DNA of 36,618 nt from Candidatus Hermodarchaeota archaeon (lineage in GTDB: Archaea > Asgardarchaeota > Hermodarchaeia > Hermodarchaeales > Hermodarchaeaceae): NCBI GenBank assembly GCA_016839365.1, contig JAEOUH010000028.1:1-36618 (forward strand), in the 5' to 3' direction. The notes below the pieces were generated by a model. The model worked only from the letters and a program-made list of their open reading frames with translations, made no database searches and was not told the DNA's origin. Both the position numbers and the translations under genes were made by a program. Numbering within the stretch: the stretch's first letter is position 1; every line of letters begins with the position of its first letter. Below, in pieces: positions 26,902 through 35,813 of this stretch.

Positions 26902-27288
26902 TTGAGCCCATTTGGTCGAAAGAAAAAAGAAAAAGACGTCGCCGAGGATCTCAAAGTAGCTGCACCAAGCACGAGTTTGGAGGCAGCGTCCATGTTTGTC
27001 CGATTCATGGAATTAACGGGTTTAATGGACGTGACACCCATTTCGGAGGAAGTCCGCAAGGGCAACTTGGTTGTGATGGATGTGTCACCACTTGTTCAGC
27101 AGGGGACTGAATCCCAATTACAACTGCGACGTGCAGTGGAACAGCTTCGAGCGGTATGTATTAGCGTGGATGGCGACATTGGGCAACTTGGAAACCGCTA
27201 TGTCATCCTTACTCCAACCCGAGTGAAGATTTTCCGTGAAGCGCCAACAGAGGATGCTGATAAAAACAAGTCTCCTACGAAAAAGTAG
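26902..27288 (+). CDS. sepF: Cell division protein SepF (archaeal type)
   Basis: V..I.EEV..GN.V..D.SPL, L.RAVEQLR......GDI..LG..Y.ILTP..VKI. Confidence 0.88.
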   Translation: MSPFGRKKKEKDVAEDLKVAAPSTSLEAASMFVRFMELTGLMDVTPISEEVRKGNLVVMDVSPLVQQGTESQLQLRRAVEQLRAVCISVDGDIGQLGNRYVILTPTRVKIFREAPTEDADKNKSPTKK

Positions 27289-27297
27289 GCAGCGACA

Positions 27298-28380
27298 ATG
27301 AGAAAAGTGTGTATCCAGGTGGATCAGCGCCTGGGAGAACGGCTGCGCGTAATGCTAGTGGAGCGGGGGCTCCTCGATCCAGAATTTCCTATCACTAAGG
27401 AGGCAAACAAACTGTGTTTTCCTCTCCGCTACCAGCTTACTTCCGACGAATTACACGCCCTTGAACAAGAAACTATGACGCTCGCACAAATTGAACTAGA
27501 TCTCGAGGCCATTTCGCGAAAACCGACTGATCTCAAAGCAACGTTGCAAGGTACTCTCCCCGATGGATTACTCGATAAGATTCCACATTCCTTGGATATC
27601 ATCGGTGAGATTGCCGTCGTTGAGCTGGATACAGACCTAGTCCCTTATGAAGCTCACATAGGCGAGGCGATTATGATTATTAATTCACGGGTATCATCAG
27701 TGTATGCTAAGGAAGGAGGAGTTTCGGGAGTATGTCGCCTGCGCCCGCTTCGCTTGATTGCTGGCCAGGACCAAACTTACACTATACACACGGAATATGG
27801 AGTAAAACTCGCCATTGATGTCGTGCACACCTACTTCAGCCCGCGATTGGGTACAGAGCATGACCGAGTAACCCGCCAGGTGCAAGCTGGGGAGGTCATC
27901 GTGGACATGTTCACCGGAGTGGGGCCCTTTGCCCTTCTCGCTGCAAAACGTCAGTCGGTACAAGTATTTGCCATTGATGTGAATCCTCATGCCATCCAAT
28001 GTTTGAAAAAGAGCCTAGAGCTGAATAGCTTGGTTGGAGAAGTGGTGCCTTTAGTTGGGGACGCCCGAGCTATCATCGACGAGCAGCTTGTTCATAAAGC
28101 AAATCGGGTCATTATGAACCTTCCAAATGATGCCTTCTCGTTTCTCGACGCCGCTGTTACGGCATTGAACCCGAAGGGGGGCATTATTCACTTCTATGGC
28201 GTAACCTGCCAATCACTGCCTGAAGAAAAATTACAGTCAAACGTGTTGAACAGACTTGCGGACTTGGGTTGGAAGGCGATTGTCGGATATTCGCGTTCTG
28301 TTCGTCCAGCGGCACCCCATGAAGAGCAGATTGTGCTTGATCTTCATGTAGCTCCAGGGATAACAACGAGTGCCACCTGA
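27298..28380 (+). CDS. trm5: tRNA (guanine37-N1)-methyltransferase Trm5 / Met-10+ family
   Basis: DIIG.IAV, T.H.EYG..L..DV...YFSPRL.TEH.R, DMF.GVGPFA, DVNP.A, RVIMNLP. Confidence 0.92.
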   Translation: MRKVCIQVDQRLGERLRVMLVERGLLDPEFPITKEANKLCFPLRYQLTSDELHALEQETMTLAQIELDLEAISRKPTDLKATLQGTLPDGLLDKIPHSLDIIGEIAVVELDTDLVPYEAHIGEAIMIINSRVSSVYAKEGGVSGVCRLRPLRLIAGQDQTYTIHTEYGVKLAIDVVHTYFSPRLGTEHDRVTRQVQAGEVIVDMFTGVGPFALLAAKRQSVQVFAIDVNPHAIQCLKKSLELNSLVGEVVPLVGDARAIIDEQLVHKANRVIMNLPNDAFSFLDAAVTALNPKGGIIHFYGVTCQSLPEEKLQSNVLNRLADLGWKAIVGYSRSVRPAAPHEEQIVLDLHVAPGITTSAT

Positions 28381-28790
28381 AGCACTGCATTGGGCTGTTG
28401 AAGTGATTCGATTAGTTGCCGGTTGAGATCCTTAGCCGATTTGTCGCAGCGAATAGCAATGGTTCTTTCATCAATGAAGGCACTTTTCCGCCAAACAAGT
28501 GAAGTTGGCGAGGTGAGTAAAAGGTGTGGAGACCCAAACCCTTGAACCTGGTCGGTGATTTCCCCCACTGAGAGGTGGGTGCGTACCTTTGTATCCACCC
28601 GTTTTAGAATGGCGCCAAGAAGATTATTGATGTCTTGGGCACTGTGAGAAGCATTCACTCCGATAATGCAGTCACCGCGAATGGATAGAGTGGAGCCTAA
28701 TGTCACCTCAAAGGTGGATGAATGAGTAGCTTGCACATTCACATGTCCTTGGGCACGAATGATGATTTGGACCAGTTTAGTAGGTGCCAT
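28344..28790 (-). CDS. DUF371 family protein
   Basis: A.GH.NV.ATH.STFEVT....L..RGDCIIGV.A, SLV.RKS.FID.RT.AI..DKSA.DL.R; convergent overlap with trm5. Confidence 0.9.
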   Translation of the reverse strand: MAPTKLVQIIIRAQGHVNVQATHSSTFEVTLGSTLSIRGDCIIGVNASHSAQDINNLLGAILKRVDTKVRTHLSVGEITDQVQGFGSPHLLLTSPTSLVWRKSAFIDERTIAIRCDKSAKDLNRQLIESLQQPNAVLQVALVVIPGAT

Positions 28791-28848
28791 AGTGGGATAT
28801 TTAGTGGGGCAGGTACAAATAGTTTCAAAACGAGTGTTTCCATGTAGC

Positions 28849-29556
28849 ATGGTGGGTGATGATACGTCTTCAGAAAATAGGGACGTGGTGGATAAGAATA
28901 AAGAGATTACTTTGAAGCGATTAGTGTCGTCCCGCACAGTTACAAAGGAAGACACGATTCGAGCGTATCAGGTAGTTCCCCGTGAACTCTTTGTACCTGA
29001 AAAACTTAGAACCGATGCCTATGTTGATACTCCCTTACCCATCGGTGAAGGACAAACCATTTCGGCAATTCATATGTGCTTAATCTACCTTGAACTCCTT
29101 GACCTTAAAGAAGGGTTGAAAGTTCTAGAGGTTGGTGGAGGGTCAGGGTATCATGCAGCATTGGTAGCAGAAGTTGTATCGCCTACAGGGAAGCCGTTAT
29201 CGGGGCATGTGTTCACAATTGAGCGCATACCAGCTCTTGTTGAGTTTGCAAAAACAAACCTCGAACGAGCCGGGTATAGTGATCGCGTTACAGTATTAGA
29301 AGGGGATGGAACCCTTGGGCACCCTGTGGAGGCCCCCTTTGATCGAATTATGGTGGCGGCTGCGGCTCCGGATATCCCCCCTTCGTTGATTGACCAGCTG
29401 AAACCAGAAGGAATCATGTTAATCCCTGTGGGTCGACAACAGTTTTGGCAAGAATTAACCGTTGTCACCAAGGATACGGAAGGCAACGCTAAGCAGCGCC
29501 GAAAAATGTCGGTTGCTTTTGTTCCCCTCATTGGCAAAGAGGGGTGGTCACCTTGA
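28849..29556 (+). CDS. pcm: Protein-L-isoaspartate O-methyltransferase
   Basis: VPRELFVP, AY.D.PLPIG.GQTISA.HM, VLEVG.GSGYHAA, GDGTLG....APFDRI.V.AAA, FVPLIG. Confidence 0.96.
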   Translation: MVGDDTSSENRDVVDKNKEITLKRLVSSRTVTKEDTIRAYQVVPRELFVPEKLRTDAYVDTPLPIGEGQTISAIHMCLIYLELLDLKEGLKVLEVGGGSGYHAALVAEVVSPTGKPLSGHVFTIERIPALVEFAKTNLERAGYSDRVTVLEGDGTLGHPVEAPFDRIMVAAAAPDIPPSLIDQLKPEGIMLIPVGRQQFWQELTVVTKDTEGNAKQRRKMSVAFVPLIGKEGWSP

Positions 29557-29563
29557 CCCGCAG

Positions 29564-30754
29564 CTACCCTGGTTTTCGAAGTTTCGCGATAAAATAGCCA
29601 GTAAGGCCATGGGTATCAGGGTAAATCCGTTGAACCTTTGTTTTCATTGTGGAATCCCCTGCTAGCCCCTTTGAACCGAGAAAGGGGATTTGCGATTCAA
29701 GGGTAAAATCGTAGGTGTCGATGAGGTATTGTATGTTCAGCTCATTTTCTTCGATCGTCAACGTACATGTGGAATATACCAATATTCCATCTGGACCAAG
29801 TGCAGAAACCGCTGAGTCGAGTATCATTCGTTGGTAGGAAGCGGTGCTCTGAATACGAGCCAGCGTGGTTTCATCATACAGTTTGGGTCGAACCCCAAGG
29901 GCTGTACAGGGTGGATCGACAAGAACACGATTAGCCTGTACCGTAGGGTGTTGGGCTACGAATTCTTTGGCTCGGCCCACAAAGGGTGTGATGCAGGTTA
30001 TTCCTAACCTTTCTGCTTCGGTGAGGAGTTGGGTTAATCGTCGCTCTGAGCGATCGACTGCGATGAGCTGACATTGATTGTTGACTAGTTGGGCGATATG
30101 AGTACTTTTACCACCGGGAGCTGCACAGAAATCGATTATCGTTTCCCCAGGTTTAGGTGCAAGGATTGGTGCTACCAGCATAGCGGAAAGGGATTGAGAG
30201 TAGAACAGCCCCTCTTGATGAGCTGTAAGGTCAACGATACTGGGCACATCGTAATAGGAATTGGTTATTCTGACGACGAGCCCATGTTTTTGTTCAGCTA
30301 GTTGTGAACTGGCTTGTTGTGCAATGCCACTCCCCACTATATGCCCTTTAGGATTGACCACTGTGACTAAATCTCCTTTAGCGAATCTGTTAAAGCGTTT
30401 AACTCCGGGTCGATAGAGGTGACTCCCAACCAGTACGTTTTCGCTACTGGTTTTATCTGCGACGATGATTATGTCGCGTTGAGGAATTGGGCCAGTGGGG
30501 GTAATCGGCAGGGCTACAGCATTCACACCATAGTCTGCAATGGTTGCGTTGACATTTTCTTCTTTGAGCCGATCAACGAGCTCTTCGTTGGTAGTTCGAA
30601 GGGTATTGGTACGGAGGTAGAAGAAATCGCCTGGTTTGCTTAATGCCATCGTTAGAGTCTGGGTGCGTTGCTTGCCAAAAAGGTCGATGAAATAGTTGTA
30701 GAGTTCGTCGCTAAATTCGGACGCTTGAGGGGGTGGACGGATTGAATTTCGCAC
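29564..30754 (-). CDS. RsmB/NOP-family m5C methyltransferase with inserted PUA domain (NSUN6-like)
   Basis: LRTNTL, PUA segment (E.V..GS.LY.PGV...KGD.VTV), D.CAAPGGKSTH, VLVDPPCTALGVRP, LVYSTCT...EENE. Confidence 0.92.
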   Translation of the reverse strand: MRNSIRPPPQASEFSDELYNYFIDLFGKQRTQTLTMALSKPGDFFYLRTNTLRTTNEELVDRLKEENVNATIADYGVNAVALPITPTGPIPQRDIIIVADKTSSENVLVGSHLYRPGVKRFNRFAKGDLVTVVNPKGHIVGSGIAQQASSQLAEQKHGLVVRITNSYYDVPSIVDLTAHQEGLFYSQSLSAMLVAPILAPKPGETIIDFCAAPGGKSTHIAQLVNNQCQLIAVDRSERRLTQLLTEAERLGITCITPFVGRAKEFVAQHPTVQANRVLVDPPCTALGVRPKLYDETTLARIQSTASYQRMILDSAVSALGPDGILVYSTCTLTIEENELNIQYLIDTYDFTLESQIPFLGSKGLAGDSTMKTKVQRIYPDTHGLTGYFIAKLRKPG

Positions 30755-30781
30755 AGTCTTTCAGCTCTAGCCTGTGGAGCA

Positions 30782-31705
30782 TTACACTTCCACAAAGAAG
30801 GTTCCTTTCGCGATGAGTTTTACCTTTCCGGACACTAAAACACTTGTAGGAACGTTTTCTCCGACTACTTCAGCGATGAGTTGACTGGGTCGGCGAATCT
30901 CATATCCTTGTTCGATGATGATAGGGGTACCTCGTGAAGGTCTACGTAGAAGGTCATGGTGGTCCACATAGGCACCGATGGGTCCGGCGGCGCTCCCTGT
31001 TGCTGGGTCTTCAAGGACTCCGACATCTGGGGCAAACATTCGAACATGCACATCTGAATCAGAGTGGACGGTGTCAGTGCTAAGGATCACGATCTTTGCA
31101 GTAGATTCATCCTCAAGTGTTTTCAGGATGAGCGGTCCATCGGGTTGGGCTTTTTGCACAGCTTCAAGTGAACTGAGGGGTACGATAAGGAAAGGGGTGC
31201 CCGTTGCGACATATTGCATCGGGTAGTCGGTTGATAGTGCAGACGCGGGAAGACCGATTGTTGCTGCGATTGCGTCCCGATTTTGTATTTCAGTCAGGAA
31301 TTGGGGTGCTGGTTGAATCATCCGGATGGTATCTGATGAGACGTATTCAACTGAGATTTTCCCAATTCCGAGCTCTAGGTTGGTCTGGGGGGCAGTTGAA
31401 TCCACTAGCCCAGTGTACTTTAACACAAAGGTGCTTCCAAGAGTAGGGTGACCTGCAAAGGGGATTTCTTGAGCGGGAGTGAAAATGCGTACTTTGAATG
31501 AACAATCTTTGAGGGTAGGCTTTTCAAAAAAAGTGGTTTCCGAGAAATTCATTTCTAGTGCAATGCCTTGCATTGTATCAGTTGATATTTGGGAATTAGC
31601 AGGAATATCCCAGAACGTGGCAAGCTGATTTCCACCAAAGGGGTGGCGATCATCGACAAAGACGCTGGTTTGAATGTATGGCAGTTCTTTCAAGCGCTTC
31701 ACCAT
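30782..31705 (-). CDS. PhzF-family isomerase/epimerase
   Basis: PFGGNQLA, IA.EMNFSET.F, VRIFTP..E.PFAGHPTLG, RMFAP..GV.EDPATGSAAG, I.QG.EI.RPS. Confidence 0.95.
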   Translation of the reverse strand: MVKRLKELPYIQTSVFVDDRHPFGGNQLATFWDIPANSQISTDTMQGIALEMNFSETTFFEKPTLKDCSFKVRIFTPAQEIPFAGHPTLGSTFVLKYTGLVDSTAPQTNLELGIGKISVEYVSSDTIRMIQPAPQFLTEIQNRDAIAATIGLPASALSTDYPMQYVATGTPFLIVPLSSLEAVQKAQPDGPLILKTLEDESTAKIVILSTDTVHSDSDVHVRMFAPDVGVLEDPATGSAAGPIGAYVDHHDLLRRPSRGTPIIIEQGYEIRRPSQLIAEVVGENVPTSVLVSGKVKLIAKGTFFVEV

Positions 31706-31860
31706 GATGCCAGGTGTGTACGGCTCAAGAAAAGAGCTTTTCCTTTGGTAGCCTTGATTTCGAACACTGCAGAGATTCCGGGGGAGAAGAACTGTGCAGG
31801 AGCGTTTTTTTATACCCTTAATCCCAGGGGGTAAACGACATCAGAGTCTGGTGATTACCG

Positions 31861-32067
31861 ATGATTGAGTTCAACGCTAGCGTATTAGAGCAAAACTTGA
31901 TTCAACTTCCTGACTGGCTTATTGAAAGCGCAGGGCTCAAGCAAGGTGATGTACTTCGATTAGCAGTGCTTCACAAGGTCATCGTGCAGATGGCTGAGCA
32001 ACCGGCAAAGAAGAAGACCAAGAAATCGAAAACGACAGCCCCCACAGAACCGAAGAGCGAAACGTAA
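31861..32067 (+). CDS. Small AbrB/MazE-like swapped-hairpin protein with Lys-rich tail
   Basis: IQLP.W.....GLK.GD.L.L pattern; GGTGA SD upstream. Confidence 0.55.
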   Translation: MIEFNASVLEQNLIQLPDWLIESAGLKQGDVLRLAVLHKVIVQMAEQPAKKKTKKSKTTAPTEPKSET

Positions 32068-32084
32068 CACCACTCCTTTTGGAT

Positions 32085-33104
32085 TTAGTAACCACGCTCA
32101 ACATCAACAACGTTGATGAAGTCCTTTCGCCCTTTCGCAAAGCGGGTTATATTGTCAATCACTTCATCCCAGCGATCCAAGTCATCGAAAGGGGAAGCCG
32201 CATGGTGCGGGGAAAGCAGAATATTATCAAGTGAATGGAAAGGCTCTTCATAGGGATATTTGCGTCCGTTTTCATCGGGCCCGGGTTGGTATGTGTACCA
32301 CACGTCAATCGCCGCCCCAGCGATTTCTCTTTCTTTGAGAATCTGATAGAGTGCCTTTTGGTTGACGATAGCGCCCCGTGCAACGTTGACTACAATGCCC
32401 TTCTTTCCTAATCGCTTGAGCTCGTTGAAGCCGATGAGATCCTCAGTTTCAGTGGTCAACGGGAGTGCGATAATGAGGGTGTCAACTTTATCGAGAAACT
32501 CATTCAGTTGTGATGGCGTGTATCTTTGAATGGGGGTTGGGGTGGAGCTGTCCTGGTTTTCCCAGCTACGACGAAGAACTGCGAAAGTAACATCAAATCC
32601 TGAGAGAAGTTCATGGACCTTCTGGTTAATGGCCCCGTACCCAAGTAAGCCAATGACCCGTCCACTCATTGGTATATTTTTGGCATCCGCATCGCCCTTA
32701 CGCCATTCACCAGCCATCATCCAGTTGTGATGAGGGACGATGTTGTTCAGGATGGCAAGGAGCATGGCTACAACATGTTGAGCCACAAAGATGGCGTTGG
32801 AATGCCCATTTACTAATGTTATCCCATGGTGGCGACCAACTTCATTGAACCAGGGAACGAGGTGTTGCACCCCAGCACCTGGGAAGATGAAAAGTTTCAA
32901 CTGTTTTGCGCATTCAAGGAGGTCTGGTGAGGGGCGCCATCCAACAATGATCTGCGCTGATGGGGCGTATTTCAGGAATTCTGATTCATCGGCCTCCTCA
33001 GGAAATATAAGATTCAAATCTGGGAGCGGACTCAGGCGTTGGCGTAGACGTATTTGCAGTGGTTCAGGAACCTTCCAGAGAAATAGCACAGTGGCGTTAC
33101 TCAT
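32085..33104 (-). CDS. D-isomer-specific 2-hydroxyacid dehydrogenase
   Basis: GAGV, G.LGYGAI, ALPLT.ET..LIG, VNVARG.IV, AAIDVW, NILLSPH.A. Confidence 0.94.
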   Translation of the reverse strand: MSNATVLFLWKVPEPLQIRLRQRLSPLPDLNLIFPEEADESEFLKYAPSAQIIVGWRPSPDLLECAKQLKLFIFPGAGVQHLVPWFNEVGRHHGITLVNGHSNAIFVAQHVVAMLLAILNNIVPHHNWMMAGEWRKGDADAKNIPMSGRVIGLLGYGAINQKVHELLSGFDVTFAVLRRSWENQDSSTPTPIQRYTPSQLNEFLDKVDTLIIALPLTTETEDLIGFNELKRLGKKGIVVNVARGAIVNQKALYQILKEREIAGAAIDVWYTYQPGPDENGRKYPYEEPFHSLDNILLSPHHAASPFDDLDRWDEVIDNITRFAKGRKDFINVVDVERGY

Positions 33105-33190
33105 TGGAACTCACAGGGTCACATCCTCATCGAAGAATAAAACTGCACACGGTTTTACTAGATATCCAGAGAAACCGAAAAAGAGTATAC

Positions 33191-33426
33191 CATTCACCCG
33201 CTGTGCGTCCACAACGGGTGAATGATACCGGGGACCCACTCAGTCCCACAGTAATCATCGTAAGGGTTACGGGTTCTGGTTGTGGCTACCATTTGGAGCC
33301 ACGACGAGAGGTCATAACCTTGTATGCGCGTTGATAGCCAGGTGTGGGATGGGGGTTGCGGCAGCCAAGAGCTGCACGTTCGCCGACAGAGATTCTGTCG
33401 AATTGAACTTTCTTTCCTTTCTTCTT
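33191..33426 (+). ncRNA. Candidate structured non-coding RNA (irregular rod, two short hairpins, pyrimidine tract)
   Basis: Nested helices GACCC/GGGTT, TCCCACA/TGTGGGA, ATCA/TGAT, AGGGTTA/TAACCTT, TTCT/AGAG, GTTGTGGCT/AGCCACGAC; then GCAGC/GCTGC and CGACAGA/TCTGTCG hairpins and a T/C tract; GAAAAAGAGTATA promoter-like motif at ~33178. Confidence 0.55.
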
Positions 33427-33507
33427 AAAGAGTGCCAATGTAGTTCACCTGTGAGGGTGCTCTGAAGGAGTGAAGGAGTGGAGCACAGATATATTCATGG
33501 GAGCCGG

Positions 33508-33585
33508 CTAGTTACCAAATACTCCAAACTTCTCATGAAAACACGCTAAAGGCGAACCGTCAAGTTCAGTTTTTTCTAGTAACAT
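33508..33585 (-). CDS. Putative 25-aa micro-protein
   Basis: MLLEKTELDGSPLACFHEKFGVFGN*; GAGGT SD 6 nt upstream; symmetric TTATATAA box at 33626-33633. Confidence 0.3.
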   Translation of the reverse strand: MLLEKTELDGSPLACFHEKFGVFGN

Positions 33586-33668
33586 CTTGTGACCTCAAAA
33601 AGTGAGCCCAAAAGGTGAGTCCGCCTTATATAACGCGGTGTCATATGCTTTCTTCGGTGACACGAAAA

Positions 33669-33761
33669 ATGCACAAAAATCGTTATCCTCAGGGCGCGGC
33701 CATGACCAAGACAGAAGCTGATCGCGTCAAGTACATCTATTGGTTTGCTTGCCGCAACTAG
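33669..33761 (+). CDS. Putative 30-aa micro-protein
   Basis: MHKNRYPQGAAMTKTEADRVKYIYWFACRN*; GGTGA SD, TTATATAA box ~35 nt upstream, 3' hairpin plus pyrimidine tract. Confidence 0.45.
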   Translation: MHKNRYPQGAAMTKTEADRVKYIYWFACRN

Positions 33762-33783
33762 GACCACTGTTACGCTTCATGAA

Positions 33784-33846
33784 CGTGCCCATAACTCTTG
33801 GGGCTCGGGCGATTGGGCACGGGTCCCCTTTTCTCTCTTTTCTCTC
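33784..33846 (+). terminator. Hairpin plus oligo-pyrimidine tract after the 30-aa ORF
   Basis: CGTGCCCA...TGGGCACG stem followed by CCCCTTTTCTCTCTTTTCTCTC. Confidence 0.5.
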
Positions 33847-34104
33847 ATCCTCAATCGTGTTTATGGTGGTTATTTTGTGGGTTAAAGGTGTTGGACAATG
33901 GGTATGCTCATGAAACCTCGTGTAGCGCTCACTTAACAGAGAAACAGCAGAACGGACGACACTACCGGATTTCACGAGTTTTTCTGGAAGCTTGGCTGTG
34001 GCCTTTGACAATCTAAGTCCCCCGTAAAGGTTGTATCCGCTCAGTATCCTCGTTGTGTAGAAGAAGCTATTGGCTCAACAAAAGAATGAAGCAAAAGTGT
34101 TAGG

Positions 34105-34332
34105 CTAATCTCCTTTGTGTTTTTTGGGTTGTTTGGCTTTTTTCCAGAGAACGCCTGGACTATAGGCGCCTGGCATGCCAGCAAATCCGTGTGAGTCTCT
34201 AGTATGGGGAATGAAATTTGAATCTTGATTTCTTTCATCGGTAAAGGAGAGGGTTTCTTTGCGTTCGATCAGCCAGTCGGCCCATGACAGCTTCTCATTT
34301 GCTTCAATTTTTTTTAATTTCCGTTTTCCCAT
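34105..34332 (-). CDS. Small basic hypothetical protein (75 aa)
   Basis: ATG start, Lys-rich termini, divergent from the GNAT gene; no family recognised. Confidence 0.5.
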   Translation of the reverse strand: MGKRKLKKIEANEKLSWADWLIERKETLSFTDERNQDSNFIPHTRDSHGFAGMPGAYSPGVLWKKAKQPKKHKGD

Positions 34333-34415
34333 TGACCCAACCTATAATATAATTGGGAACCGAGGAAGATAAACTCTACTAGTCACACCAAATGTTGTAA
34401 GAGCTGTGATGTCTG

Positions 34416-35030
34416 ATGCCAATTGAATATGAGCCCTGTTCTCTCTGCCAAAACCATGCGGAGTATTCCTGCTCACATTGCGGAGAGCTAGTTTGTGCAA
34501 ATGATGCGCGAATACGCGTCATCTGTACTAATTGTTTCTCACAGAAACATTGCGAGTATCGAATTCGTCAATCATTCAGTGATGATTTGGAGTCCCTTGA
34601 AGCGTTAGTGAGCTTGTTTTGGGGAGACCCGATGCAATTGATGTTTGATCAGCACTTCAAGGTGACTGAATACCCCGCCATAATCGCTGAAACTGATCAC
34701 GGAATAGGCGGGTTCATCTTCTACACGCCATTCAGAAAAGATGGGGTACTCATCATAGCATTAGGGGTCCTTCCGCAATTTCAAGGATGTGGAATTGGGA
34801 GAGATCTTGTTGCCCATGTTGAAAAAATGGCTAAAGAACAAGGGCGACAGCTGCTCTTTGTTATTACGACTAATGATAACCTACCAGCTCTTGCTTTCTA
34901 CCAGCGGATAGGTTTTCAATTGTTTGAGGTCATTCCGAATGTTGTTTCCCAGAAGCTGGGAGGTTCGTTTCCTGGATTTGCAACTATTCCCATTCGTGAT
35001 GAGCTCAGATTGCGGAAGCATGTGATTTAG
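34416..35030 (+). CDS. GNAT acetyltransferase with N-terminal Cys-rich zinc-finger
   Basis: CSLC-x7-CSHC-x4-C...CTNC N-terminus; GNAT motif A V.PQFQG.GIG..L, and ITTNDNLPALAFYQR.GF, GIP-like TIPIRDEL. Confidence 0.9.
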   Translation: MPIEYEPCSLCQNHAEYSCSHCGELVCANDARIRVICTNCFSQKHCEYRIRQSFSDDLESLEALVSLFWGDPMQLMFDQHFKVTEYPAIIAETDHGIGGFIFYTPFRKDGVLIIALGVLPQFQGCGIGRDLVAHVEKMAKEQGRQLLFVITTNDNLPALAFYQRIGFQLFEVIPNVVSQKLGGSFPGFATIPIRDELRLRKHVI

Positions 35031-35128
35031 GTTCACCTTCGTGTTTCACAGTGCTTTCGTAGTGCTTACCCTTTGATTGTCAAAGTTTAAAGAGAGAAAT
35101 TTGGCAGGCTCATTCGGTTGAAGTACCT

Positions 35129-35586
35129 ATGACACAAATTGCACCCGAGCTCTTACCTTCGCTGAAACAGGCGCTGAAACAACCGGGGGTTCTATGATCC
35201 GGGAGTATTACAGCTATACAAGCGCGGTCAGTCATTTGGGCTAGTCGGCCGCTTGGATAAGATTTTAGAAATGCATATTCGTGGTTTTAAAGACGGCTTA
35301 GTCGAAGCAGAAATCGAAATATCCAGAGACTACTTTGAGCATCTTGGACCTAAATCGTGCCGATCTGCTCAATCAGAATTGGAGTCCATTCTAAGGGAAG
35401 AAGGGATTTTTTTTTACTCCCAGTTCACCATCAGATGAAACAGAGCGGGTAGAAATACCAAGTAAGCTGACCGAGTGGCGAAAAATACTTGGTCTAACAG
35501 CTCTCGGAATCTTCGCAGGGATACCGGTTGCCCTTGTCACCTCTGCCCTCATAAATCCAAAAGTGAAAGGGGCCGTTCAAAAGTAA
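35129..35586 (+). pseudogene. Conserved-looking archaeal hypothetical (C-terminal TM) broken by two +1 frameshifts in homopolymers
   Basis: Frame A MTQIAPELLPSLKQALKQ, G5 run (35185-35189), frame B GFYDPGVLQLYKRGQSFGLV...MHIRGFKDG..EAEIEISRDYFEHL...ILREEGI, T9 run (35407-35415), frame C TPSS...IPSKLTEWRKILGLTALGIFAG...QK*. Confidence 0.7.
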
Positions 35587-35813
35587 TTAAGAGCCTCCAT
35601 CCATATGCGGATTTTCGTAATTCTAGTCTTTCTGATTATACAGGGGAATTAAATTGACACCGACTTCCGGAATAACATGAGCAAACTCATCATTCTGAAT
35701 GTGCTCTTCGTGATCGCATTTGCTACCTTCTCTTAAAGCGGTATCAGACCTATCAGCACCAACAACGTATACCCGCTAGAAACAAGCTGCAACGGAATAG
35801 CACTGCCGTTAAA

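Noticed and set aside
33258-33272. Telomerase-template-like TAACCCTTAC on the minus strand
   Set aside because: Short chance match, paired within the rod; no TERT/RT in the window.
33203-33387. Group II intron (GTGCG start at 33203, ...CGAC end)
   Set aside because: Only ~185 nt, no domain V hairpin with the AGC/CGC triad and matching 3' strand, no interrupted gene, no RT nearby.
33191-33426. SRP RNA or RNase P RNA
   Set aside because: No SRP helix-8 motif with GNRA loop and no RNase P CR-I/CR-V motifs seen on either strand.
33778-33826. SECIS element (ATGA followed by a stem)
   Set aside because: The 3' side lacks the GA needed for tandem G.A pairs, and the upstream ORF has no in-frame TGA.
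33576-34238. Track ORFs 33576..33767, 33727..34011, 33798..34016, 34041..34238
   Set aside because: No SD or recognisable motifs, they cross terminator-like tracts and overlap each other.
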